Shown: one piece after another, positions 1 to 7,939 of the stretch
Position numbering within the stretch: position 1 is the stretch's first letter
Layout: each line of letters opens with the position of its first letter
DNA from: a phage
Sequence record: PX104378.1
Strand: one strand, 5' to 3'
DNA: 64,000 nucleotides
Notes under the pieces: model-generated
Told to the model about the DNA's origin: nothing
What the model saw: only the letters and a program-made list of their open reading frames with translations
Database searches by the model: none
Translations under genes and position numbers: made by a program

Positions 1-401
1 ACAATTTCTGATATCTCGTCGGTCATGTCTTCTTCCCCTAAGAGAGCACCATTTACCCATTCGTATTGTTCAGACACATAATCACAGATTGCATTATATT
101 CTGCTGGGGTTATGTTGTTATGTTTGTAATATTTGAATACATTATCTCCAAAATCTTCGGAGTGTACTTCATACATCACATTAATGATTTTCTTGACAAA
201 TCCATAATCTTGTGTCTCGCGCTCAAGGAAGCGGATAATCTTCACATAATCATCAAAGTTAATCTGATCGCTGATCATCTCAGTGATCATGTAACCATTA
301 ATACCCTCAATGCCATATGTTTCGATGTAATTATCCATACGTTCCATCATTGATTCGCGTGAATCTTCTGAAAGACGAAAATCCTGTAATTGTTTGAACA
401 T
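1..401 (-). CDS. hypothetical acidic protein, 3' end beyond window edge
   Basis: ATG at 401 with GGGAGG SD 8 nt upstream; frame open to position 1 (MFKQLQDFRLSEDSRESMMERMDNY...). Confidence 0.5.
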   Translation of the reverse strand, partial: MFKQLQDFRLSEDSRESMMERMDNYIETYGIEGINGYMITEMISDQINFDDYVKIIRFLERETQDYGFVKKIINVMYEVHSEDFGDNVFKYYKHNNITPAEYNAICDYVSEQYEWVNGALLGEEDMTDEISEI

Positions 402-423
402 TTTAAACCTCCCATATAACAGA

Positions 424-455
424 AAACGGGGCTAGTATAAAACTAGTCCCCGTTT
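424..455 (-). terminator. rho-independent terminator after alt
   Basis: near-perfect hairpin AAACGGGGCTAGT/ACTAGTCCCCGTTT followed on minus strand by UUUCUGUU. Confidence 0.6.
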
Positions 456-479
456 GAGTCAACCATTATTTCTTAAAAA

Positions 480-2531
480 TTACATTTTAAATTTATCTGG
501 CATTGCGTCTACAGATACCAGATCAGCGATAAGCTGACGTAGAGTTGCCTTATCTGCTTTCTTACGTTCGGTTTTAGCTTCGGTAATAAAGCTGGAGAAA
601 GACAGGTCAGAAGCAGGTTTAACAACACCTTCACGGATGAATGCATCACCGTCCGCGATCATCTCGCCAGATTCTTGTAATGCTGCCAGTTCATTTTTGT
701 TCATAATATGTGCCTCAATGTAATAAGTTTCTTGTGAATCCGTCGATGCCGTAGCACGAGTTACCGTATCAAAGGATAACACAACACCGCGAGGAAGTAA
801 AATCTCGCATTCTTTGTAAGCAAATGCTTTGTTACCTACTGGCAATACGGGGATGTTTTCCGCGCCAGCAATGGAGAAAGCAACATTAGCGCCACCTTCA
901 CCGCGAGATCCAGCCATAGAATCTACACCAGCAACGGCACTAGCCACGTTTGCATTCCAGCCGCCAAAAATGTTAGGTGCAAGGGAAGTGCTCACATAGT
1001 TTTTAAAGTAAAACGCTTTTTGCTTACGTGCAGTTTCCCACATTTGCGACCGGAAGTCCATACCACGATACAGAATAGTACCAGGATCAAGTTTAACGCC
1101 ATAGTTGGAGAAGGCATTATCCAGTGCATCGCACATCTTGACCAATTCTTCTGGATCTGCGATGCCTTCAAACTCTTCCAGCTTACGGTCGGTTAGGAAG
1201 TTGTTCATATTGATGTATGCTGCATCGGCATATTCGCTCAACACAAAACCTTCCGCGCCCGGCAGATCAAGATCAATATCTGCCATCATTTCACCCATGT
1301 TGCTAGCAATTGCTTCAAACATACCGGAAGCAACATTACGTAGGGCATCGGTTTTAATCTGTGTGATGTGACTACGCAGCATTTCAGCTTTTACATCTGC
1401 TGGCATAGACTGGTCTACTCGATCCATTGCCAGGGCGGTGATCTTGTTTTCGAATACTTCCTCGCTCATGATTTCTTTTAAGCGTTTGATTGATGCTGCG
1501 ATAACTTCCGCAGACAACGGATCATATTGATCCTGAACTTTTACCAGTTCGCTTACTGCATATTTTGCATCGGCTTCGCTTTCAAAAATAGTACGCATGA
1601 AACCATAGCGAGTGATAATATCACTTGTCCAGTCATTCAGAGAACGAGCGGTTGAACGTTCTAAGGCTTGACGATCAATCAGAGTATTAAACTGTTTCTT
1701 AGGTTCGGCTTCGGTGATATCTTCTTCTGGTTTAAGATTAATTTTTTCTGGATGATTCACGTAGTCGCTGTTATATGTCGCTTGAGTTTTCAGCATTTCT
1801 TCTTTAGTCAAACGAGATTTAGCCGCTACGCGTTGTTCCGCTTCCGCGTTTCGTTCTTCTTCTGACACAAGACTAGCCGCATACGCCTCATCTTTAGTCA
1901 GAGATTCACCAGTAGCCTTAGATACCCAGCGATCACCTAAATCACTTTCTACTTTAGTGAACAAGGATTCATCAAGTTTAATCCCTTTAATCTTATCAAT
2001 CGCCATCCCGCGACGCTTGACAACAACTAAAGCGATCTTTTTGCTGGTCATTACTTCCTGCTGGAATACTTCAAACTTCGGTGTACGACGCACCAAACGC
2101 TCTATAACGCGCTTAACCAGTTCGGTCTTACCTTTCATGCGGGATACGTTAAAACGGAACATAACAGCGTCTAATTGCGCTTTACGGGCTGTTTCCATAA
2201 CCACATCAAAAGCACTTGCCATAACTGCAATCGGGTTATCGCCTAGACCATTTTTAAGCTGTACAATACGACCGCTTTTGTTCATTTCGCACAGTACAAC
2301 ATGTGCGGTCTTGTCACCCATACGAATGATTTTAGGTGTTTTGTTGGTGAAGTTACAAAGACGGACAATCACATCTTTATCGCGTGTCTGTACTGCAAAA
2401 AGCTGTTTAGGATTCTGCTTAGGCTTTAAGCACTGTACCGGAGCAATACTGCCAAAGTTTTCTTCCTCTTCCGTCAACAGCCATTTCTCGAAAGATTCAA
2501 TCATTAGATCGTCGATTTCTAAGTTAAACAT
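480..2531 (-). CDS. alt: Alt-like ADP-ribosyltransferase (virion protein)
   Basis: 683 aa (T4 Alt 682 aa); C-terminal R-S-ExE ART signature (YRGMD, STS, ECEILLPRG); GAGGA SD. Confidence 0.85.
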   Translation of the reverse strand: MFNLEIDDLMIESFEKWLLTEEEENFGSIAPVQCLKPKQNPKQLFAVQTRDKDVIVRLCNFTNKTPKIIRMGDKTAHVVLCEMNKSGRIVQLKNGLGDNPIAVMASAFDVVMETARKAQLDAVMFRFNVSRMKGKTELVKRVIERLVRRTPKFEVFQQEVMTSKKIALVVVKRRGMAIDKIKGIKLDESLFTKVESDLGDRWVSKATGESLTKDEAYAASLVSEEERNAEAEQRVAAKSRLTKEEMLKTQATYNSDYVNHPEKINLKPEEDITEAEPKKQFNTLIDRQALERSTARSLNDWTSDIITRYGFMRTIFESEADAKYAVSELVKVQDQYDPLSAEVIAASIKRLKEIMSEEVFENKITALAMDRVDQSMPADVKAEMLRSHITQIKTDALRNVASGMFEAIASNMGEMMADIDLDLPGAEGFVLSEYADAAYINMNNFLTDRKLEEFEGIADPEELVKMCDALDNAFSNYGVKLDPGTILYRGMDFRSQMWETARKQKAFYFKNYVSTSLAPNIFGGWNANVASAVAGVDSMAGSRGEGGANVAFSIAGAENIPVLPVGNKAFAYKECEILLPRGVVLSFDTVTRATASTDSQETYYIEAHIMNKNELAALQESGEMIADGDAFIREGVVKPASDLSFSSFITEAKTERKKADKATLRQLIADLVSVDAMPDKFKM

Positions 2532-2564
2532 TTTATATCCTCTAGTTGATAACCTATAAACCTA

Positions 2565-2572
2565 TATTTATG
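2565..2572 (-). promoter_or_regulatory. possible late promoter for alt
   Basis: CATAAATA on minus strand (7/8 match to T4 late TATAAATA) about 34 nt upstream of alt ATG. Confidence 0.3.
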
Positions 2573-2573
2573 A

Positions 2574-2596
2574 AAAAGGGGCTTTACGCCCCTTTT
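2574..2596 (-). terminator. GC hairpin terminator
   Basis: GGGGC-TTTAC-GCCCC stem flanked by A/T runs, directly after stop of 2598..2810. Confidence 0.5.
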
Positions 2597-2597
2597 A

Positions 2598-2810
2598 TTA
2601 TAATGCACCATCAAGCAATTGCTCTAAGGTGTATCCTGAATAGTCTTTTTCAATCAGGATATATTTTCCTACTCGTTTAATCCAGCCACGCATTTCAACG
2701 TATTCTGCGTAGTTGATGGTACGAGTTGTTCCATCTTCCAGTAATGCAGTACCGATTTCGTTGATGCGGTCATAAGTTACGTCGGTAATGATGATTTCGA
2801 TGTTAGCCAT
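2598..2810 (-). CDS. hypothetical early protein (70 aa)
   Basis: ORF starting MANIE, preceded by conserved leader and GGAG SD of a promoter cassette. Confidence 0.55.
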   Translation of the reverse strand: MANIEIIITDVTYDRINEIGTALLEDGTTRTINYAEYVEMRGWIKRVGKYILIEKDYSGYTLEQLLDGAL

Positions 2811-2846
2811 TTGATACTCCTTAGTAGTTCGTTTCGGTATGTGTGC

Positions 2847-2875
2847 ATTATAGGGGATCGATGATCCCCTGTCAA
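2847..2875 (-). promoter_or_regulatory. sigma70-type early promoter cassette
   Basis: minus strand TTGACA-GGGGATCATCGATCCCC(17)-TATAAT; palindromic spacer with two GATC. Confidence 0.6.
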
Positions 2876-2882
2876 CAACTTT

Positions 2883-3401
2883 TTAGTTATTTTTTAATTG
2901 CTCATCTTGCAATAAAGCAATCACATGCTGGCGATGTTCTTCCGATTGAGGCACACCGAAAAAGTTTGTTTTGTAGAAATACTCTAATCGGTCTTCTCGT
3001 GTGCTCTCTTCCATCATGATCGCGGGTAGTCCGAGATTTCGGAAACGTCGCTTTTCTGCTGGCGTAAAATCGCTGTAATACAGCATAGAATCATCATTAC
3101 CAGCAATGCTAAACTCATCCTTCATGAAGGAGAATATTGCGTTTAAACGCTGTTTACCGTCCACTATTTCGATTTCATAGCGAGAGCCATCATCAATCTT
3201 AGCCATTGCGATAGCACCAACCGGAAAATCATTAATCAGGTTTTCGATAAACATACGTTTGTTTTCGGTGTCCCATACCAAAGGACGCTGATAATCTGGG
3301 TTCATGTTGATATAGCCATCTTCTAACCACGCCTCATAAACAGAGATGACAAAGTTTTTAGTATTGGTATAGTAACGGCGTTTAGGAGTTAAACGGTTCA
3401 T
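2883..3401 (-). CDS. standalone DUF262 / ParB-like domain protein
   Basis: 172 aa; YQRPLVW and IVDGKQRLNAIF match the DUF262 QR..VW and DGQQR motifs; no DUF1524/HNH partner domain. Confidence 0.6.
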   Translation of the reverse strand: MNRLTPKRRYYTNTKNFVISVYEAWLEDGYINMNPDYQRPLVWDTENKRMFIENLINDFPVGAIAMAKIDDGSRYEIEIVDGKQRLNAIFSFMKDEFSIAGNDDSMLYYSDFTPAEKRRFRNLGLPAIMMEESTREDRLEYFYKTNFFGVPQSEEHRQHVIALLQDEQLKNN

Positions 3402-3577
3402 AGTGTGCTTACCTTTTCAATATATGCGTCCGCATACTGGCGAATGCTCATTTCTTCTCGTACTGCTGCTACAAATTCTTTCATGGATTCAAACCATTTG
3501 TAGGTGTCGCGATACATGACCAACTCTTCCCAAGTAAGATCGCAAATCTCTTTACCGTGTAGTTGTGGTGTTATCAT
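3398..3577 (-). CDS. small hypothetical protein (59 aa)
   Basis: ATGA start/stop overlaps with both neighbours (translational coupling); not in ORF track because under 60 aa. Confidence 0.4.
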   Translation of the reverse strand: MITPQLHGKEICDLTWEELVMYRDTYKWFESMKEFVAAVREEMSIRQYADAYIEKVSTL

Positions 3578-3912
3578 AATATAGTTCTCCTGAATGGATC
3601 ATCACGTAAATCAATATCTTTTAAGAACTCATCCCATGAATAGCGGATATTGTTCTTAATTCTCCAGATAAGCGCAGGGATTGAACGCTCTCCCATCTGG
3701 AAGTATGGATCGTATGATCCGTATGCCCAATATGCTACTACAATTCCACAATCAGCGCAATAGTATTCTATTTCACTTGCTGGCGACAAAAGTCCATCAA
3801 TATGATCAGTGATCTTGCTTTCGATGTTATGGCTATGACAATCAGGGCAACGGATGCAATGACCTTGTTTATCGTAATTTGACGTTAGCGAATACTTAAA
3901 CAATCTCATCAT
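3574..3912 (-). CDS. Cys/His-rich Zn-binding protein (112 aa)
   Basis: CIRCPDCHSH ... CADCG cysteine/histidine cluster; 4-nt overlaps with flanking genes. Confidence 0.5.
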   Translation of the reverse strand: MMRLFKYSLTSNYDKQGHCIRCPDCHSHNIESKITDHIDGLLSPASEIEYYCADCGIVVAYWAYGSYDPYFQMGERSIPALIWRIKNNIRYSWDEFLKDIDLRDDPFRRTIL

Positions 3913-4625
3913 AGATCCTTATTGGCTTCAAATACTGCCTTTGCGAATCCTCGCGGGGTAAGTGACCTGATAGTCTTTGTTCTGGTTCCTTTCCCGCCTA
4001 GCTTAGAATGCTGTTTACTGTACCCTTTCTCAATCGGCAACGGTTTCTTTTCTGGCATTATAAAGCCTTGTCCGGTCCATAAGCAAGTCTTTTTCGGGTA
4101 CATATCACGGGCGGCAATATACTCAGGAAACGTAGGATGTATATCATCTTCCGGCAAATAACCGCCATATTCCCACGGGTGGAACATGTAATCAGGCTTA
4201 CGCCACATGCTAGAGATAACGCTTACAGGATTCTCTATCATGTAGGGAACTCCTAGCCATTCACCCAAATAAGCGGTTATTTTAGCTGCCCGTACATCAT
4301 GAACTTGAATTAATGGTCCTTGCTCTCGTTTCTTTCGTTCAAAGTGTGCAGCGCCACTAACAGCTAAATTGGTACACGGTGGGAATGCAAAGATAATATC
4401 CGGTTTCCCCCATTCAAGGTCCATTGCTCTTTCCAGCCAATTCAAATCAATCCATGTGTTTACATAGGTAATGTTTGGATGTTCAAATCGGGTATTATAT
4501 TTTTTGTATGTACCGTGGTCGCCGTCGTCAGCATTGAAGCAGATCACCTTATGACCTGCTTTAGCCCATTCTAGCCCCATTATCCCCGATCCGTCAAAGT
4601 TGCAGAATATTAATTTTTGTTTCAT
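3909..4625 (-). CDS. truncated C5-cytosine methyltransferase-like protein
   Basis: 238 aa; FCNFDGSGIMG (motif I FxGxG), FPPCTNLAVSG (motif IV PC), YMIENP (motif VI ENV-like); no TRD or motifs IX-X. Confidence 0.5.
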   Translation of the reverse strand: MKQKLIFCNFDGSGIMGLEWAKAGHKVICFNADDGDHGTYKKYNTRFEHPNITYVNTWIDLNWLERAMDLEWGKPDIIFAFPPCTNLAVSGAAHFERKKREQGPLIQVHDVRAAKITAYLGEWLGVPYMIENPVSVISSMWRKPDYMFHPWEYGGYLPEDDIHPTFPEYIAARDMYPKKTCLWTGQGFIMPEKKPLPIEKGYSKQHSKLGGKGTRTKTIRSLTPRGFAKAVFEANKDL

Positions 4626-4867
4626 ATACGCCCCTTTAACCCAACACAGATTTTAGAAGGTTCTTTACCGTGCCACATTAAGTAAAGTCCGTTAGTGCGG
4701 CCTTGTTTTGTATATGATTCTTTTCTAATCTTCTTATAGTGTCGTGCTTCCTCAACCGATTGTTTAGAATACCAATCATAAAGGAAGATGAACAAAGGCC
4801 AACCATTAGCGGCCTTAATGCAGTTATTAAGAAATTCCTTATTGCGTTTAATTAATTTTCTTTTCAC
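4622..4867 (-). CDS. hypothetical basic protein (81 aa)
   Basis: ORF with 4-nt overlaps to both neighbours. Confidence 0.5.
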   Translation of the reverse strand: MKRKLIKRNKEFLNNCIKAANGWPLFIFLYDWYSKQSVEEARHYKKIRKESYTKQGRTNGLYLMWHGKEPSKICVGLKGRI

Positions 4868-5115
4868 GCTGCCCCCGTTGGTTTGATAGTAACAGAATCT
4901 AAAAGACCTTTGTTAGCCAGTTCGCGGCAAGTTTTCAGATCCGCAACTTCCCAGCCAGCCGCAATCAGGTTATCTATGAGGCTGTTAGCAACTTCCTCGC
5001 TCATGAAAGAGCACTGTTTGCCGATGGTGTAGCGTACACGCTGTAATTTCAGTTTACGGAAGCCTTTAACGTTCAGGTCTTTAGCGATTTTCTTTGCGGT
5101 TTCGATGTTAGCCAT
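4864..5115 (-). CDS. hypothetical protein (83 aa), first gene of coupled operon
   Basis: starts MANIE; conserved leader AGGAGAATCAAACAATG downstream of promoter cassette. Confidence 0.55.
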   Translation of the reverse strand: MANIETAKKIAKDLNVKGFRKLKLQRVRYTIGKQCSFMSEEVANSLIDNLIAAGWEVADLKTCRELANKGLLDSVTIKPTGAA

Positions 5116-5155
5116 TGTTTGATTCTCCTAAGTGGTATCTCGTCTTGATGGTTGT

Positions 5156-5184
5156 ATTGTAGGGGAGTTATCCTCCCCTGTCAA
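5156..5184 (-). promoter_or_regulatory. sigma70-type early promoter cassette
   Basis: TTGACA-GGGGAGGATAACTCCCC(17)-TACAAT on minus strand. Confidence 0.55.
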
Positions 5185-5198
5185 CACTTTTTATAAAA

Positions 5199-5366
5199 TT
5201 ATTTGTTAATTTCTGGTGCGTTGCTAGGATAGTAACCTTCTTTAACTCCGAGGTATTTCGCAACCATCCCTACAATCTTCTGTGCTACTACAATGTCAAA
5301 TTTCAGATAATCTTCGCCGTGGGTTTCAATGATATATGCTTCACATGCTGCTTTAGTCTCGAACAT
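5199..5366 (-). CDS. small hypothetical protein (55 aa), paralog of 8461..8628
   Basis: MFETKAACEAYIIETHGEDYLKFDIVVAQKIVGMVAKYLGVKEGYYPSNAPEINK; nearly identical to the 8461..8628 product. Confidence 0.5.
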   Translation of the reverse strand: MFETKAACEAYIIETHGEDYLKFDIVVAQKIVGMVAKYLGVKEGYYPSNAPEINK

Positions 5367-5399
5367 TTTGATTCTCCTATTTCGTTTCGGTATGTGTGT

Positions 5400-5428
5400 A
5401 TTATAGGGGATCTCCCGATCCCCGTCAA
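5400..5428 (-). promoter_or_regulatory. sigma70-type early promoter cassette
   Basis: TTGACG-GGGATCGGGAGATCCCC(17)-TATAAT on minus strand. Confidence 0.55.
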
Positions 5429-5442
5429 CAACTTTTTTAAAA

Positions 5443-5724
5443 TTATTCGTGATTAGTTTCGATGTTGTACATTTTGCACCAGTTCAGCCAATCGCCCAGA
5501 TCTTGATAGTTGATGCTTTTATCTGCGGCCATCGTTTTTGTCTTGATACCCATATGTGCGTTATGAGTAAGCATTTTTACAGTGAACTCAATTTTATCGC
5601 CTTTAGCTTTAACATCAACCAGTTTGGTCCACTGGCTACCAGCACCGCGAATGTTCATACCAACGATGTTTCCGATGTATGCTTCTTTGTTTTTCAGGAT
5701 TTCGGTTGCTTTGATGAATTTCAT
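5443..5724 (-). CDS. hypothetical protein (93 aa)
   Basis: ORF behind cassette leader GGAGAATCAAAAATG. Confidence 0.55.
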   Translation of the reverse strand: MKFIKATEILKNKEAYIGNIVGMNIRGAGSQWTKLVDVKAKGDKIEFTVKMLTHNAHMGIKTKTMAADKSINYQDLGDWLNWCKMYNIETNHE

Positions 5725-5757
5725 TTTTGATTCTCCAGTTCGTTTCGGTATGTGTGT

Positions 5758-5786
5758 ATTATGCTATGTTCTTACTTTGGTGTCAA
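5758..5786 (-). promoter_or_regulatory. sigma70-type early promoter cassette
   Basis: TTGACA-N17-CATAAT on minus strand. Confidence 0.55.
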
Positions 5787-5795
5787 CAACTTTTT

Positions 5796-6065
5796 TTAGA
5801 TATTTTCAGAAATAAATTTTAAAACTTGACGTAAATGTTTCTCATCTTTGATGGTAGCCGGAAGTTCTTCTTTTACTTCCTGTGCAAGATAGATATTTCC
5901 GTTCCAAGTGAAAGATCCGTCTTCGTTTACTCGATAGCTGAACATCCACTCGCAATCATTTTCGATTTCATATACACACAGAAGGGTGTAATCGTTAAAG
6001 CTATTGATTTCAAGGTCGAAGCCGTGACGTTTTGCAAAGTTGGTAGTGGTTTTAGTCAGTGCCAT
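5796..6065 (-). CDS. hypothetical protein (89 aa)
   Basis: ORF behind cassette leader AGGAGAATCAAACAATG. Confidence 0.55.
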   Translation of the reverse strand: MALTKTTTNFAKRHGFDLEINSFNDYTLLCVYEIENDCEWMFSYRVNEDGSFTWNGNIYLAQEVKEELPATIKDEKHLRQVLKFISENI

Positions 6066-6105
6066 TGTTTGATTCTCCTAAGTGGTATCTCGTTTCGATG
6101 TGTGT

Positions 6106-6134
6106 ATTATGCTATAGGCTAGACCAGGTGTCAA
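6106..6134 (-). promoter_or_regulatory. sigma70-type early promoter cassette
   Basis: TTGACA-N17-CATAAT on minus strand. Confidence 0.55.
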
Positions 6135-6160
6135 CAACTTTTTTTAATTTTTTTGGAAAT

Positions 6161-6185
6161 AAAAAAGCCGACGCTAAGGTCGGCT
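6161..6185 (-). terminator. rho-independent terminator
   Basis: AGCCGAC-GCTAAG-GTCGGCT hairpin followed on minus strand by UUUUUU. Confidence 0.6.
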
Positions 6186-6192
6186 AATAAAA

Positions 6193-6501
6193 TCATTTAG
6201 ACAAATAATCATTCTGTGCAATCCGGTCGGCGTATGCTGGTGTTACGTCAATCGCAATCACTTTAACGCGTGCTTTCTTGCGACCTGGGTTTTCTCGTAA
6301 CCAGTGCTCATGACCGTGAACATTTTTATACTGCGATGCTTCTTCGAAGGTACGGATCGGACCTGGGTAATCAGCGTAAAGGATCTCTAGATCTTCGGTG
6401 ATGTAAAAATATACATCGTAATTGCTGTTCTCTAGCTTAAGCAGAGACTTTCGGAACATTGGGAGATTTTCGCGGGTAAATTCAAAGATATTATCTTTCA
6501 T
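6193..6501 (-). CDS. HxHW-family small protein, copy 1 (102 aa)
   Basis: HGHEHW ... VKVIAIDV motif shared with five paralogs; GAGGA SD. Confidence 0.6.
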   Translation of the reverse strand: MKDNIFEFTRENLPMFRKSLLKLENSNYDVYFYITEDLEILYADYPGPIRTFEEASQYKNVHGHEHWLRENPGRKKARVKVIAIDVTPAYADRIAQNDYLSK

Positions 6502-6515
6502 AGTATTATCCTCAA

Positions 6516-6536
6516 TAGTTGGATGAAAAGGGGGCT
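6516..6536 (-). terminator. GC hairpin terminator
   Basis: GGGGGC-TTAAC-GCCCCC followed on minus strand by UUUU. Confidence 0.55.
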
Positions 6537-6551
6537 TAACGCCCCCATATA

Positions 6552-6839
6552 TTAAAACAGTCCTTCTTGTACGCCGTAGTAGAGTTCGTCGCTGATAATT
6601 TCATTAATGCGACGGTGTGCATATTCCTGATTTGCGAAGTTGTCAGCAAGTTCTACTTTAGTTTCGCCGTCATGAGTCCATTTAGTGATAACTTTACCAT
6701 CTGCAAATTTGAAGTTGAACTCTTTAGCTACTGCATCGCGTACCAGACGTGCAAACTTGTTGTTACGGATTGCATTATCGGTTTCGTGTGCAGCGTGAGC
6801 AAATTTGTTAACTTTCAGCGTGATAGTGATGTATGCCAT
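6552..6839 (-). CDS. hypothetical protein (95 aa)
   Basis: ORF behind cassette leader TAGGAGAATCAAATTATG. Confidence 0.55.
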   Translation of the reverse strand: MAYITITLKVNKFAHAAHETDNAIRNNKFARLVRDAVAKEFNFKFADGKVITKWTHDGETKVELADNFANQEYAHRRINEIISDELYYGVQEGLF

Positions 6840-6885
6840 AATTTGATTCTCCTAGTTAGAAAGTGTATCTCGTTTCGATGGGTGT

Positions 6886-6914
6886 ATTATGCTATACACC
6901 CGATCTTATGTCAA
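6886..6914 (-). promoter_or_regulatory. sigma70-type early promoter cassette
   Basis: TTGACA-N17-CATAAT on minus strand. Confidence 0.55.
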
Positions 6915-6920
6915 CACTTT

Positions 6921-7199
6921 TTATAAAATAATTTTTTGATATTTTTCTATGATGTTCGTGTAATCCACATCAACCGCTATCACCGTTGCTTCGAATCCAC
7001 CGTTTAGCCAATGGCTATGGTCATGATCGTGAAAGAAACCAAGACCAGTACGAAGACCTTCTTTATATTCGGCGCGTACATTTAGATCATCATCGATAAA
7101 CAGATAAAACCATGAATTTTTACTAGGATTGATGATACAACCTTTCAGATTAGGGAGAATATCACGACTAAGAATAAACTTATCACCTACTTTGAACAT
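6921..7199 (-). CDS. HxHW-family small protein, copy 2
   Basis: HDHDHSHW ... TVIAVDV; start moved to internal ATG (MFKVGDKF) that has a GAGGA SD. Confidence 0.55.
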   Translation of the reverse strand: MFKVGDKFILSRDILPNLKGCIINPSKNSWFYLFIDDDLNVRAEYKEGLRTGLGFFHDHDHSHWLNGGFEATVIAVDVDYTNIIEKYQKIIL

Positions 7200-7203
7200 A
7201 ATA

Positions 7204-7524
7204 TTAGTCCTCACTTATAAGGTCAAACCAATTGTTTTTCGCATAATGCTTAATGCGTGCTTGATCTGCTTCTGCTGGTGATAGATTCCATGCAACCACT
7301 ACAACTTCTGACGCATCGTCATCCGTTTCTGATACCCAATGATTATGATTCATACAATTGTTTGCTATCGCGTGAGCAAATGATTTCATCACTGGAGACG
7401 TATAATCATAGTAACGGATTTTCAGATTTTCATCAACGTACAAATAGATCGTATAAGGTTTATATTCAGTAACCAGTAACAGACAGTTACGCAATTCTGG
7501 GAAAATATTTTTAGTTAATTTCAT
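7204..7524 (-). CDS. HxHW-family small protein, copy 3 (106 aa)
   Basis: NHNHW ... VVVVAWN; GGAGAA SD. Confidence 0.55.
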   Translation of the reverse strand: MKLTKNIFPELRNCLLLVTEYKPYTIYLYVDENLKIRYYDYTSPVMKSFAHAIANNCMNHNHWVSETDDDASEVVVVAWNLSPAEADQARIKHYAKNNWFDLISED

Positions 7525-7739
7525 ATTCTAGTTCTCCGTAATACACGGTAATCCATTTTTTCTTCATACTTTGTATCTTTCCAACACACAATCCCGTTTA
7601 CTGTGCAATCTTTGGAATTGACGAATGATTCATATTGTTCTGCATCTTCCATCATTGCATGAGCGGTCTTTTCATCGAATATATCGCAGATCGCTTTATA
7701 TGCTCGATAATCTTTAAATTTGCTCATAATTAAGACCAC
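7521..7739 (-). CDS. hypothetical protein (72 aa), tandem paralog A
   Basis: MSKFKDYRAYK... shares N-terminus and C..W..T.Y pattern with 7730..7939. Confidence 0.5.
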   Translation of the reverse strand: MVLIMSKFKDYRAYKAICDIFDEKTAHAMMEDAEQYESFVNSKDCTVNGIVCWKDTKYEEKMDYRVLRRTRI

Positions 7740-7939
7740 TCAAGAGTTTTTGAAAACACATCTATCCATTGTTGAGTATATGCGGTTTCTTTCCATGATA
7801 CAATACCAGTCGAATAATGGTTTTTGTTTCCAGAAAAGGACGGGCATTTTGAGGCATCTTCCATCATCTTTTCGGCGAACTCTGGTTCGTATACTCGCAA
7901 GATCTGTTGATATGCTTTATAATCTTTAAATTTGCTCAT
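7730..7939 (-). CDS. hypothetical protein (69 aa), tandem paralog B
   Basis: MSKFKDYKAYQ... paralog of 7521..7739. Confidence 0.5.
   Translation of the reverse strand: MSKFKDYKAYQQILRVYEPEFAEKMMEDASKCPSFSGNKNHYSTGIVSWKETAYTQQWIDVFSKTLEWS

Noticed and set aside
66-353. 95-aa plus-strand ORF at window start
   Set aside because: Antisense to a minus-strand ORF that has a GGGAGG SD and ATG at 401; the minus-strand frame is preferred.
1957-2559. 200-aa plus-strand ORF inside alt (and 1105..1371, 1668..1865)
   Set aside because: Lies entirely antisense within the well-supported alt gene; no promoter or SD; composition typical of a shadow ORF.
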